A stretch of 64,000 bases of DNA from Opitutia bacterium (GTDB lineage: Bacteria > Verrucomicrobiota > Verrucomicrobiia > Opitutales > T3Sed10-336), in the NCBI GenBank assembly GCA_050506795.1, contig JBJHCF010000002.1:62933-126932 (forward strand), in the 5' to 3' direction. Of the stretch, positions 40,334-50,105 are shown one piece after another (positions within the stretch are counted from its first letter, which is position 1; every line of letters begins with the position of its first letter). A program made the position numbers and the translations under genes. The notes beneath the pieces were generated by a model, which worked only from the letters and a program-made list of their open reading frames with translations, did no database searches and was not told the DNA's origin.

Positions 40334-41882
40334 TCGTGGTCACTTCGACCTCTTTGAACATGAACGGATTGTCGCTGAGCCGCAGGGGCTTGCCGCTGGC
40401 GGTGGTCACGTTCCTGAGGATGACCTCCTCAGTTATGACATAGGGGAACTCCTGCTCGTAGGAAGCGTCGGTGAAGTTGCGGTTGAAGATGGCGAAGATG
40501 GCCGGCCCCTGGTAGTTCTCGGGATGCCGCGAGTCGTCGATATGGAGAGTGTCGATCGTGATGCGTTCCGGCATGTAGCAGGTATAGCCGAAATCGTGCT
40601 GCCCGGAATTGGACCCGCCGATCAGGCTCGCGCTGACCGGTCTGCCGCCCGCGGGGACGAAAACACAATCGCGGATAACGAGTTCCCCCTGCCACGTGCT
40701 GCCGTAGTCGGAACGCAAATTGATGAGGCTCCTGCCGTAGACGGTGCTGTTCTCCAGAATGAAGGTGCCGCTGCCAATGGCGTTTATGCCCTGATGTCCC
40801 AGGGTCGAATTGCGTATGGTGACATTGGCCACGCCCATGTGGGCGTCGAACCTGGAAAACGTGCAGGTGTCGAAGACCAGGTTCTTGCAGTAGTTCGAAC
40901 CCATGATTCCCCAGTACCGGGTATCATTGATATCGTTCGTCTGGCTGCAATTCACGAAAGAGACGTTCAGGGCCCGGGTCAGGGAAAGCCCGTAGCTGCC
41001 CATGGAAACCGTGGTGCCGGCCGCGCCGATGGTTTGGTAGGTTTTGCGGCCGGTCAGGACGGTGTTCCGGACCGTGACGTAGGCGCAATTGCTGATGTTG
41101 AGGAACCCGGTATAGGGAGCGCCCTGATCCCCTTCGCCGGTGATCCGGTGTTCCAGTCCGTCCACCACGACATTGGACCGCTGGATCGCGATGCCGCGGT
41201 TGTAGTAGGTGTACCTCGACTCGGCGCCGTTGGCGATGGTGGTAAATCGTCCCCCGGTGAGGGTGAGAGTCTCCTCGTCGATGGGGCGGGCGGTGATCTC
41301 CGTGATCTGGTCGAAATCCCAGATAATCGGCGCATCCATATCCACATTACCGTCTTTATCGACTATAAAGACATCCGTTTGACTGGCTCCCGTGTTGCGG
41401 TTCGGCCCGAACCGAATGTATCGCCTTACGTTGGAATCGGTGACAGTGACAAGGCAGGGGCCGGGCAAAGAAACGTCGATTCTTTCCTGGTGCCTCTTGA
41501 GCGAAGTGACCCCTTCCAGGTTGAACGGTTGCAGCTTCGAACTCACCCGGAACACATGGGCTCCGCGGTTTTCGACATCGGTATCGTCGATCAGGAAAGC
41601 GGCCGTGCCGAAATCGGTGTCGGTCTGAATGACCGCCGTGCGGTTTTTGCCGCCGATGTAGTAGGTGGCCCCGTCGTCGGCTCGCACGGGCAGACCGTGC
41701 TCGTTCGCAAATTCATGAGCCCTGACGATGGCATCGATATCATCGGTCTCGCCGTCACCCTTCGCTCCGAATTGACTATAACGAACGACGCCATCCGCGG
41801 GAAAATCAGTTTGTGCCGACAGGGTCGGTCGAAAAACGCTCATTGCTACAATCGCCACTGCCATGCAAAACCTCGCGAACAT
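40320..41882 (-). CDS. Secreted pectin-lyase-fold (beta-helix) protein
   Basis: Signal peptide; FGAKGDGETDD..AI motif; Asn/Thr-rich beta-helix repeats, SRFDAH.G. The 5' extension of the 843-aa ORF is antisense to cvfB. Confidence 0.75.
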   Translation of the reverse strand: MFARFCMAVAIVAMSVFRPTLSAQTDFPADGVVRYSQFGAKGDGETDDIDAIVRAHEFANEHGLPVRADDGATYYIGGKNRTAVIQTDTDFGTAAFLIDDTDVENRGAHVFRVSSKLQPFNLEGVTSLKRHQERIDVSLPGPCLVTVTDSNVRRYIRFGPNRNTGASQTDVFIVDKDGNVDMDAPIIWDFDQITEITARPIDEETLTLTGGRFTTIANGAESRYTYYNRGIAIQRSNVVVDGLEHRITGEGDQGAPYTGFLNISNCAYVTVRNTVLTGRKTYQTIGAAGTTVSMGSYGLSLTRALNVSFVNCSQTNDINDTRYWGIMGSNYCKNLVFDTCTFSRFDAHMGVANVTIRNSTLGHQGINAIGSGTFILENSTVYGRSLINLRSDYGSTWQGELVIRDCVFVPAGGRPVSASLIGGSNSGQHDFGYTCYMPERITIDTLHIDDSRHPENYQGPAIFAIFNRNFTDASYEQEFPYVITEEVILRNVTTASGKPLRLSDNPFMFKEVEVTTINEE

Positions 41883-42155
41883 CACACCCCGGGATAAGAA
41901 ATTGCTTTGGGGCCCATTCGTGAACGGGAATCGCCGTGAACTTCCCGACACCGCTTGCACTTCCGAATTCACAAAACCAGCGAGGGCCATAGGCGAGTTG
42001 ACGTCAAGCACGGAGTTCGGCTCCCAGTCCCTCGAAAAAATTTTTCTTACACCCAGTCCCTCGTCCCTCGCCCCTCGTCCCACGCCCCTCCACCGGCGAG
42101 TCGGGCCGATAATTTCAGTCTCCCCTCCAGCACGGATACCGTGCAGGATAGACGG

Positions 42156-42995
42156 ATGGTTTTGATCGGAAAATTCAACACGCTCAAGGTGGCCCGCGAA
42201 ACCGGAAGCGGCTACTACCTCGACGCCGGGGAACTCGGCGATGTTTTGCTGCCGGGCAATCTGGCCCCCCGGGATCTTCAATGTGGGAGTATGCTTGAGG
42301 TCTTTCTTTATTACGACTCGGAGGACCGCCTGGTCGCGACGACCGAAAGGCCGTTTGCCACGGTCGGCGAATTCGTCGCGCTCAAGGTGCTCAGCGTTCA
42401 CCGGCAGATAGGGGCTTTTCTCGATTGGGGTCTGGGCAAGGATCTGCTGCTCCCCTTTCGCGAGCAGCCCGAACAACGCGTTAAACCGGGCGAGCGGGTG
42501 GTGGTGTACCTCAAAGTGGATGACCGTAGCGACCGCATCATTGCCACGACCCGGTTCGACCGGCATCTGAAAAAGGCGCCTCCCGGTTACTCTCCGGAGC
42601 AACGGGTGCGTTTTCTGATTACCCGCCGGACGCCGCTCGGCTACCACGCCATCGTCGAGGGCCGTTACAGCGGACTTGTGTACCACAGCAGCCTGGGCAC
42701 CTCCATGAAGGAGGGGCAGCAGATCGATGGCTATGTCCAGTCCGTCCGCGCCGACGGCAGGATTGACCTTAGCCTGGACCCTGCGGGCTCGGGCCGACTC
42801 AAGGACATTGCCGGCGAAGTGATGGAAGCGCTGGAGAAAGGTGGCGGCCACCTCTCATTCGACGACACGAGTACGCCGGAGTCGATACGCAAGGCGTTCA
42901 ACACCAGCAAAAAAACCTTCAAGAAGGCTCTCGGCATTCTCTATAAGCAGCGTCGCATCCGCTTCAGAGACGGCGGCGGTATCGACCGCGTGTGA
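42156..42995 (+). CDS. cvfB: CvfB/YitL family S1 RNA-binding protein
   Basis: IG.FN.L.V, FLYYDSEDRLVAT, GAFLDWGL.KDLL.PF.EQ, SKK.FKKALG.LYK. Confidence 0.88.
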   Translation: MVLIGKFNTLKVARETGSGYYLDAGELGDVLLPGNLAPRDLQCGSMLEVFLYYDSEDRLVATTERPFATVGEFVALKVLSVHRQIGAFLDWGLGKDLLLPFREQPEQRVKPGERVVVYLKVDDRSDRIIATTRFDRHLKKAPPGYSPEQRVRFLITRRTPLGYHAIVEGRYSGLVYHSSLGTSMKEGQQIDGYVQSVRADGRIDLSLDPAGSGRLKDIAGEVMEALEKGGGHLSFDDTSTPESIRKAFNTSKKTFKKALGILYKQRRIRFRDGGGIDRV

Positions 42996-43138
42996 GCGGG
43001 CCGCGAATTTCCGCCCGGATTCAGGTCCCTTATTCCACGAATCTCCTGGGCTCTCAACGGTGAACGCCAGGGTAAGCGGAGTTCGGACTTCAGCCACCTT
43101 TCGGCACGCCAGGTGCCTCTTGCGAACCGACCCCGCCG

Positions 43139-43200
43139 CCGGCTGAAGAACGGCGCTACCCCTTCGCGACTCCGCCAGTAGGTCGGTGCTTCAGCCCGAC
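43139..43200. repeat. REP family B pair
   Basis: CCGGCTGAAGAACGGCGCTAC...GTAGGTCGGTGCTTCAGCCCGAC. Confidence 0.6.
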
Positions 43201-43393
43201 TTCCTGATCCCAGGAAGTGTGCCCTCCGTCGCTGTTGATCAACGCGAAATCCCGGCGAAGGAAAATGCTTACAGTCCCGCCACAGTGAGTTCCCGCTTCG
43301 GCCAGGTGCTCCCTCGGAATACAGTTAGGCGGATTCGATAATTCGCTGCCCAACTGGATGTTATTGGTAGAATCTGGAGGCATGTCGTGCAGC

Positions 43394-43528
43394 ATGAAAC
43401 TCGGGCAGATTGCCGGTGAGGAGCTTCGGGAAGTACCGAAATTGTTTCTCGACAAGGAGTCCCGGCTGGAGGAGTGGGTGCGGAAGGACCCGAGTCTGTT
43501 GGGTGTAGACCGGCTCCTGATTGGATAA
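43394..43528 (+). pseudogene. N-terminal fragment of a NucS/DUF91-like endonuclease
   Basis: MKLGQIAGEELREVPKLFLDKESRLEEWVRKDPSLLGVDRLLIG then stop then Q, resembling the E..LE.W...P..LG..LL.IGRQ N-terminus. Confidence 0.5.
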
Positions 43529-43729
43529 CAGCTTTTCCTGGAATGGCATAACGAGTGGTCAAGAATTTCTTAACCGAGCACTTTCGCCGTTACCGGTCCG
43601 GACTCCTGCGGTTGGCATTGACGATATTAGGACCGGCGGCCTAACCTGAGGCGGTTTTCGCCCGCTTCCGATTCGAAGCAACGATCTACAGACATGCGTC
43701 ACCCGATGCCAAACCGTCCTGAAAATGCC

Positions 43730-44194
43730 ATGAGCACGAAGGCCTGTCTGCTCGTCTGCTTCCTTTTTACCTTACTTCAATCAACCTTCCTTCATGGAGA
43801 CTCTCGAGAGGAAGAGTGGCGGTTTGTCCAGAGAATGCAGACCGGTCAGGCATCGCAGGAAGACATTGATCGGGCCATTGAGCAATTGAATCAAGGCAGG
43901 GCGAGCCAACCTCTGATGCAATCATTTGGTCAATATGGAGGGAGGGCAAAGGGGGCATTGCCCCTTCTCAAGGAGCGTCTCGATCTGGATGATCGAGAGT
44001 GGTACTTGCGGGCGAACGCCTTGCGCGCTATCGGCAATTTTGGCCCGTTGGCGAAATCCGCGGCGCCTAAGGCTCTCGAGATCATGCAAAAGGACGGGAA
44101 CGACGCCTGGTCGGCGATAACCGCCTTGGGAAAGTTCCAGGACGAATCGACCATACGGCCTCTACTGGCATTTCTGATTCCATTTTGGATTTAA
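43730..44194 (+). CDS. HEAT-repeat protein, probably 3'-truncated
   Basis: Signal peptide; ALP.L...L.D.EWYLRANALRAIG..GP.AK.A.P HEAT pattern; abrupt end. Confidence 0.55.
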   Translation: MSTKACLLVCFLFTLLQSTFLHGDSREEEWRFVQRMQTGQASQEDIDRAIEQLNQGRASQPLMQSFGQYGGRAKGALPLLKERLDLDDREWYLRANALRAIGNFGPLAKSAAPKALEIMQKDGNDAWSAITALGKFQDESTIRPLLAFLIPFWI

Positions 44195-44321
44195 ACTAAG
44201 GCAACGTTGTGATTACCTACGATTTGGACACGCGTTAGTTCTCAGAAGGCAGGGGAATTAATACTTTATTATCAATCAACGACTCAAAGTCACCTCTCCT
44301 CATACTATCCATTTTCCAAAG

Positions 44322-44882
44322 ATGTCATGGTCGATCCAAGTTCCGCTGGCCAACATGGGCTTACCGATAATTTTCATCGTTCTTCCCTGGATGGTCCTGC
44401 TGTTTTTTCCGGTGGTGATCATCGAGTACCTGGCGGCACGGACACTCAAAAACACCCCCTCGGGGCGCAAGTGGCGGGGAATCTTCTTCGCAAACCTGGC
44501 ATCAACTTTTCTCGGCTGGCCGATTGCCTGGCTTGTATTGGTTGCGGTGCAGGTGGGGCACCTATTTCTGGCGGAACATTTCGAATACACGTCCTGGCTC
44601 GGTCATTCCGTTTGGCCAGAGAATCCGTTCCTGGCCATCTTGATTCAAGCCGCGTGGCTGCCGCCCTACCAAGGCGTGGAATGGATGGCCTTAATTGCGG
44701 CGATGATCCTGTTTGTTCCCTTTTTCTTCATGAGCGTATGGATCGAACGCTGGATTCATATCAAGAGCTGGGAACAAGAAAGCGCCACAGAGATTAGACG
44801 CTTCTGCTGGCGCGCCCACGGGTATTCTTATGCGTTTCTCTACGCGGTCGTGCTGATTTACCTGTACTCCATTGTCCGGTAG
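44322..44882 (+). CDS. Hypothetical membrane protein
   Basis: Four hydrophobic segments; ANLAST..G.P motif. Confidence 0.65.
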   Translation: MSWSIQVPLANMGLPIIFIVLPWMVLLFFPVVIIEYLAARTLKNTPSGRKWRGIFFANLASTFLGWPIAWLVLVAVQVGHLFLAEHFEYTSWLGHSVWPENPFLAILIQAAWLPPYQGVEWMALIAAMILFVPFFFMSVWIERWIHIKSWEQESATEIRRFCWRAHGYSYAFLYAVVLIYLYSIVR

Positions 44883-45019
44883 AAGGTCGGCCCGTTTGTT
44901 GAGAAATTCCTACCCGGCGCTGGGTACGGGCGAAGCGTCCACTCCGTAAACATCCTTGCCCTGGCGCAGAAGGTGGGCGTAGTCGCCGGCCTTCTGAAAG
45001 GGGAAAGTGTGGTCGCAGG

Positions 45020-45445
45020 GAGCACCCGCTCTACGACCGCGAAGCGGCCGAGTTATTTGTCCAGGTTCGCCTCGATTTGATCCGTGCGCTTCATGAGGAG
45101 GGCGCGGGCCTTCTTCTCGGCTCGGACGCCCCCCAGTTTTTCAACGTTCCCGGATTTTCCATCCATCCCGAAATGGAACTCATGCATCAGGCGGGTCTGT
45201 CGCCGTACGAAGTCCTGCGAACGGGAACCGTGTACCCGGCCGTCTTTTTTGCAGAGGAGGACAAATTTGGAAAAGTCGCCGAAGGCATGCAGGCGGACCT
45301 GATTCTGCTCGAAGCCAACCCTCTCGAAGACCTCGCCCACGTCCGGAAAGTCGCCGGTGTGATACTGAATGGACGTTGGCTGCCACGCGAGGAAATCGAT
45401 AGCCGCCTGGAAGAGATTGCCCGGCGGCATGCAGGCGCAGATTGA
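45020..45445 (+). pseudogene. C-terminal fragment of an amidohydrolase
   Basis: LLLGSDAP....PGFSIH.EM, AGLSP.EVL, G.V..G..ADLILL..NPLED; N-terminal HxH region absent. Confidence 0.7.
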
Positions 45446-45577
45446 GCGGAAGGAGGGAAAGGCAAAAAGGTTGCGAATCCGGCATAGGCACTTATTATGA
45501 ACCCTTATTGAATACACGATTCATGCTTATCGATCCAATGAATCGTTCTCGATAAAAACGACAGTGATCTATCCGCT

Positions 45578-46699
45578 ATGAAGATTCTACCACCAATAAC
45601 CCTCTTGTTTGCGCTGACTTTCGCCGTGATCCTGGCTCAACCGGCTCTAGCACGTACTCTGGAGATCGGCGAACAGGCCCCTCCTTTCGAGCTCGAAGGC
45701 GTGGACGGGAAGGTGTACACCTTGGACGATTTCGCCAATGCCGAGATCCTAACGGTCATCTTCAGCACCAACCATTGCCCGACTTCCCAGGCTTACGAGG
45801 AGCGAATCATGAACCTGGTCACGGATTACGAGGACAAGGGCGTGGCCGTGGTCGTGATTCAACCGAACGATCCCCACGCGCTTCGGCTCGATGAATTGGG
45901 ACATACGGACGTGGGTGATTCGTTCGAGGACATGAAAATCCGGGCCAGTGACCGGAATTTCAATTTTCCCTATCTCAACGATGGCGATACCCAGACCGTC
46001 TCGCGGGCCTACGGGCCGGTGGCCACACCCCACGTCTTCATTTTCGACAGCGAAAGGCGCCTTCGCTACCAGGGACGGATCGACAACGATCAGAATCCGG
46101 CCGGAGTTCGCACCCACGACACGCGTAACGCCCTCGACGCCATGCTCGCCGGCAACCGTCCCGAAACGGAAACCACCAACGTTTTCGGATGCTCGATCAA
46201 ATGGGCGGACCTGCGACCCCGGGTGGAAGCCGCGCACGAGCGCCTGAATCGAGAGCAAGCCGCCATCTCGGAGATCGACGCCGAAGGGGTCAGGTCTCTC
46301 GTGGCAAACGACAGCAATCGAACGCGCCTCATCAAGGTGTGGGCGACGTGGTGCGGCCCTTGCATCACCGAACTCCCCGACTTCGTCGACATCCACCGTC
46401 GATACCGGAATCGCAACCGCCTCGAAGTGGTTACGATCTCCATGGATGACCTCTCCCGGAAAGACCGCGCATTGGAACTCCTGAATGATCGGAACGCGTC
46501 AATGACCAACTTCATCTTCTCAGGCTCCGACCACGACGATCTGGTGGCCGCACTGGATGCCGAGTGGAGGGGTCCTGTCCCGTACACCCTGATCGTAGCC
46601 CCCGGGGGCGAAGTGATTTACCGGCACAGTGGCCCCATCGATCCAATCGATGTTCGGAGGGTTATCGCGGACACGATAGGGCGCACCTGGTTCGATTGA
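45578..46699 (+). CDS. Secreted double thioredoxin-fold (redoxin/AhpC-TSA) protein
   Basis: NHCPTS...TPHVFIFD..R.LRYQGRID...GCSIKW, then WATWCGPCITELP. Confidence 0.88.
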   Translation: MKILPPITLLFALTFAVILAQPALARTLEIGEQAPPFELEGVDGKVYTLDDFANAEILTVIFSTNHCPTSQAYEERIMNLVTDYEDKGVAVVVIQPNDPHALRLDELGHTDVGDSFEDMKIRASDRNFNFPYLNDGDTQTVSRAYGPVATPHVFIFDSERRLRYQGRIDNDQNPAGVRTHDTRNALDAMLAGNRPETETTNVFGCSIKWADLRPRVEAAHERLNREQAAISEIDAEGVRSLVANDSNRTRLIKVWATWCGPCITELPDFVDIHRRYRNRNRLEVVTISMDDLSRKDRALELLNDRNASMTNFIFSGSDHDDLVAALDAEWRGPVPYTLIVAPGGEVIYRHSGPIDPIDVRRVIADTIGRTWFD

Positions 46700-46832
46700 T
46701 ACTTCCCGCTCGATGAAAGACCTGGATCCAAGAACCGAGCAACGATGTGAATGGCGGATGCATTGAAGTCCTGCGGTTGAGCTTGTTTGTTTCATTCAGT
46801 CCGATTTCAACCTAGGCAAAACCTTAAGAACA

Positions 46833-48227
46833 ATGAAAACGAACTCTATAAAAATCTTTTTAATAGTAATTCTTGTTTCACGAATATCTTTTGCTGATCT
46901 GAACGGAACGGTGAACACACAAACAGATAATTCGATGGAATCCGATTCAAACCATGATCTAAGACCGAGGGTTATTGCCATGCCTGATTTTGGGGCGGAC
47001 CCCGACGATAAGCAATCGATGGTTCGTTTTTTGGTGAGCTCAAACGAGTTTGAAATAGAAGGATTAATAAATGTCACAAGTTGCTGGCGAAGAACCCAAA
47101 CTTCAGCCGGCGCATTCGACGAATTCATCGATGCCTATGAGCAGGTGCGGCCAAACCTTATTAAACATGCCGATGGATATCCTACGGCCGAACACCTGAG
47201 ATCATTAGTCAGGCTTGGTCAACAAGGTTACGGCATGGGTGATGTTGGCGAAGGAAAAGACAGTCCCGGTTCTGAACTTATTATTGAAGTGGTTGACAAG
47301 CCCGATCCGCGTCCCGTTTGGATCACCTTTTGGGGTGGAGGAAATACACTGGCACAGGCAATTTGGACTGTGCAAAACACCCGCACACCCGAAGAGCTCT
47401 CAGAATTTCTGGCTAAGATTAGGGTGTATGACATTTTAGGCCAGGATGATGCAGGCGCCTGGATGGCAAAAAACTTTCCCGATCTTTTTTACATTCGGGC
47501 CAAGGGTCAGGTTTATGGTTGGCAGCAAGGCAGAGAAAGGGACAATGAATGGATACGCGCGCACATTCATAATAAAGGTCCGCTTGGGGCTGTTTACCCG
47601 GAAGTTCAATGGGCAATGGAAGGTGATACGCCCGCTTTTCTTCACATATTCCCCAATGGGCTCAATGACCCTGAGGAAGTTGATCAAGGCGGTTGGGGCG
47701 GCCGTTTTGGAACAGAAAAGCGGGCCGGCATCCGGGGAATGACGGAAAGTAACATTCTGAATAATGAGGGGGATTTTGACCCTTATTTCATGTACACGGA
47801 TGCCGCGGAAGGTGGCGCGGCAATCAGGCGATGGCGTGAAGGCATACAGAACGATTTTCTTGCCCGGTTGATTTGGAGCATTACCGACAGTTATTCCGAT
47901 GCCAACCATCATCCCCAAGCAGTTGTAAATGGCGATCACAGCAAACAGATATTGGAAATGTCAGTTTCCCCGAATTCACGCGTAACACTTGATGCTACAG
48001 GATCATCTGATCCTGACGGTGATCCTCTGGAATATTCATGGTTTTACTATGAAGAACCTGGCTCCTACGAAGGTGATGTGGTTATTCAAAATGAATCGTC
48101 ACCAATTGCTGACGTGCATATTCCGTCAGAAGCCAATGGCCAAAGTATACATGTGATTCTGGAATTGCAGGATGACGGAACACCCCAACTCAGGGCGTAT
48201 CGCCGCGTGATCCTAAATGTCCGGTAG
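46833..48227 (+). CDS. DUF1593 (nucleoside-hydrolase-like) protein with C-terminal Ig-like domain
   Basis: DPDDKQSMVRFL..SNEF.IEG, WGG.NTLAQA, GQDDAG, EGDTPAFL, GGWGGRF, DA.GSSDPDGD.L.Y.W. Confidence 0.85.
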   Translation: MKTNSIKIFLIVILVSRISFADLNGTVNTQTDNSMESDSNHDLRPRVIAMPDFGADPDDKQSMVRFLVSSNEFEIEGLINVTSCWRRTQTSAGAFDEFIDAYEQVRPNLIKHADGYPTAEHLRSLVRLGQQGYGMGDVGEGKDSPGSELIIEVVDKPDPRPVWITFWGGGNTLAQAIWTVQNTRTPEELSEFLAKIRVYDILGQDDAGAWMAKNFPDLFYIRAKGQVYGWQQGRERDNEWIRAHIHNKGPLGAVYPEVQWAMEGDTPAFLHIFPNGLNDPEEVDQGGWGGRFGTEKRAGIRGMTESNILNNEGDFDPYFMYTDAAEGGAAIRRWREGIQNDFLARLIWSITDSYSDANHHPQAVVNGDHSKQILEMSVSPNSRVTLDATGSSDPDGDPLEYSWFYYEEPGSYEGDVVIQNESSPIADVHIPSEANGQSIHVILELQDDGTPQLRAYRRVILNVR

Positions 48228-48252
48228 GATCGCATGAACCCGCCGGCCGCGA

Positions 48253-48408
48253 CGCCTTCAGGGTCGGATGCTTGTTACACAGGAACCCGGGGTAGGACCT
48301 TCGGCCCACCCTGGGCCCTGAGCCGAAGCCCCGTTGGGGCATGCGCGGAATTCATGTCGCGCGGGAGAATCTCTGCCGCGGTCCGACAGACAGGAATGTC
48401 TGTGTCAC
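48253..48408. repeat. Composite intergenic repeat: palindromic element plus a family C copy at 48386-48408
   Basis: ACCCGGGGTAGG...CCACCCTGGG...GCCCCGTTGGGGC and ACAGACAGGAATGTCTGTGTCAC. Confidence 0.4.
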
Positions 48409-48475
48409 CTCCAGCCGGTGCCTCATAGTCATCCGCCGAATTGGGTTAAGAATCCCTGGATTGCTTTAGTGGGCC

Positions 48476-48853
48476 TTGAAGACAAGGGTACGCTTAGTTG
48501 CACTGTTTATGGGGTTAAAAGTGGAACCCTACCCCATCTTGCCACTCTTGCGACGAATAGACCTGATTGTGGTGCAAACCCTGGATGGCGACGTCACCCG
48601 GATATACCGGGTATTTCTGCCGAGACTTGTCACCGAGGAACAGTACACCGAAGTGGAATGGTATGGCTTGAAACCCCAGCCCGGGCGCTGGTCGCATGTG
48701 CATTACGAGTTGCCCGCCGCGGTGATCGGAGATCGCGGCGAAGTTCGTTTGCGCCTGCAAGGGGTCGGCAACCTCCGCCGCGATTACCCGATGCGGAACG
48801 CGGCTCCCCCCATCTATTCCATTCGCTCCGGCACCCGTCCCGAGATAGATTGA
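48476..48853 (+). CDS. Hypothetical protein or fragment
   Basis: Protein-like composition; no recognised motif; start uncertain. Confidence 0.35.
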   Translation: MKTRVRLVALFMGLKVEPYPILPLLRRIDLIVVQTLDGDVTRIYRVFLPRLVTEEQYTEVEWYGLKPQPGRWSHVHYELPAAVIGDRGEVRLRLQGVGNLRRDYPMRNAAPPIYSIRSGTRPEID

Positions 48854-48995
48854 GCCCTATCCGTTCGAGGACGACCGACTCGATCGCATCGCCTGCCGCG
48901 TCGACACCCTTTACGAACAGATCATGAAACGACACCGAACCGGTGGCGACTCCGCCTCCACGGTCTTCGCAGTCAGGTTCGCCGCGGTCGCCCGA

Positions 48996-49871
48996 TCACT
49001 CGAACTCGGGTGTGCCGCGGCTGCTTTCTTCGGCAGTCGGAAAGTTGGTGGGCATCGGCAGGGTGACGTCGCCGGTGGCGGCCCACTCCATGCCGAAGGC
49101 CAGGGTGGTCATGAATCCGACCGAATCGACTGACGGCTGGTAATGCCCCAGCGTGGTCACAAAAACCCGGCCCTCGCCGTACTCATGGACCCAGAGTTGA
49201 GGAGCATGCTCGCCGCGCGGCACGTCCCGATTCGCGGTGGCCAGCACGTGGATATCGTTTATCGGCCCGCGCATGTTGTAATAGAGCTCATCCCGGGTCT
49301 GCATCCAGACTTCGGGCAAACGGCGGGTGATGGGGTGCTCGCGGTCGATGGTGTGCACGGCGAATTCCTGGATCGGGGGATGAGCGGATCCGCGGCCTTC
49401 GCCGGGCTCCCTGATAATCGGTTCAAAATCCTCCGTCATCATCAGGCTCTTGCCGTAATTGGCCCCGCGCCAGCCCATGCCGACCATGTTGTCGTATAGC
49501 TCCTGATCATCAAATCCCGCGATCCCGGAATGCAAGCCCACCAGCCCGCCCCCTTCGCGAACATAGGCTTCGAGCTTCGCCAGAGACTCCTCCCCTGCCC
49601 TGGGCTGATAGTACATCACCACAATGACATCATAATCCCGGTAATCCCCTTCCCAATCGGCCCATTCGTCCGGTCCGCCGACGATTTTTCGGTCGATATT
49701 CGTGATGTCCCAGGCCTCCAGGTGCCCGGCGATGATTTCCATGTTTTCCCGCCACGGATGACCGTCGGCTCCGGTGATAAACAACACGCGCATCGACTCC
49801 GCCGCCAGAGCGGTGCCCGCCATGACAAGACTCAGGACTCCGGCGACAAACAGGTTTCTTAAAGACCTCAT
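48996..49871 (-). CDS. ThuA-domain protein
   Basis: Signal peptide; GHPW, GGGLVGLH, HPITR.LP, DELY, YGEGRVFVTTLGH, EWAATG. Confidence 0.88.
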   Translation of the reverse strand: MRSLRNLFVAGVLSLVMAGTALAAESMRVLFITGADGHPWRENMEIIAGHLEAWDITNIDRKIVGGPDEWADWEGDYRDYDVIVVMYYQPRAGEESLAKLEAYVREGGGLVGLHSGIAGFDDQELYDNMVGMGWRGANYGKSLMMTEDFEPIIREPGEGRGSAHPPIQEFAVHTIDREHPITRRLPEVWMQTRDELYYNMRGPINDIHVLATANRDVPRGEHAPQLWVHEYGEGRVFVTTLGHYQPSVDSVGFMTTLAFGMEWAATGDVTLPMPTNFPTAEESSRGTPEFE

Positions 49872-50105
49872 AGTATCAACTCCTTTCGATTCAGGTTATC
49901 CCCGCAGGTTTGAAAGCGCCGTGCAGTACAATGGCGCAAGCCTAGACTACACGGGATGAAACGCATCGCAAGTTTTTCCAGAACGGACACGCCGTTTCGG
50001 CGTCTCCGTTTACGCCATTAGCGTCGCTCGATGTTATGGTAACCCCCTCTTCTATCGAGGCGGTTATGCTTGCCACTCCGGCGCTTGTAATGACCTTATT
50101 TCGTT

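Noticed and set aside
41883..42851. N-terminal 323 aa of the 843-aa minus ORF as a fusion
   Set aside because: Overlaps cvfB antisense; a signal peptide begins at 41882.
43240..43295. Cobalamin riboswitch-like AGTCCCGCCACAGTGA
   Set aside because: Other conserved B12-box elements not found and no B12-related gene downstream.
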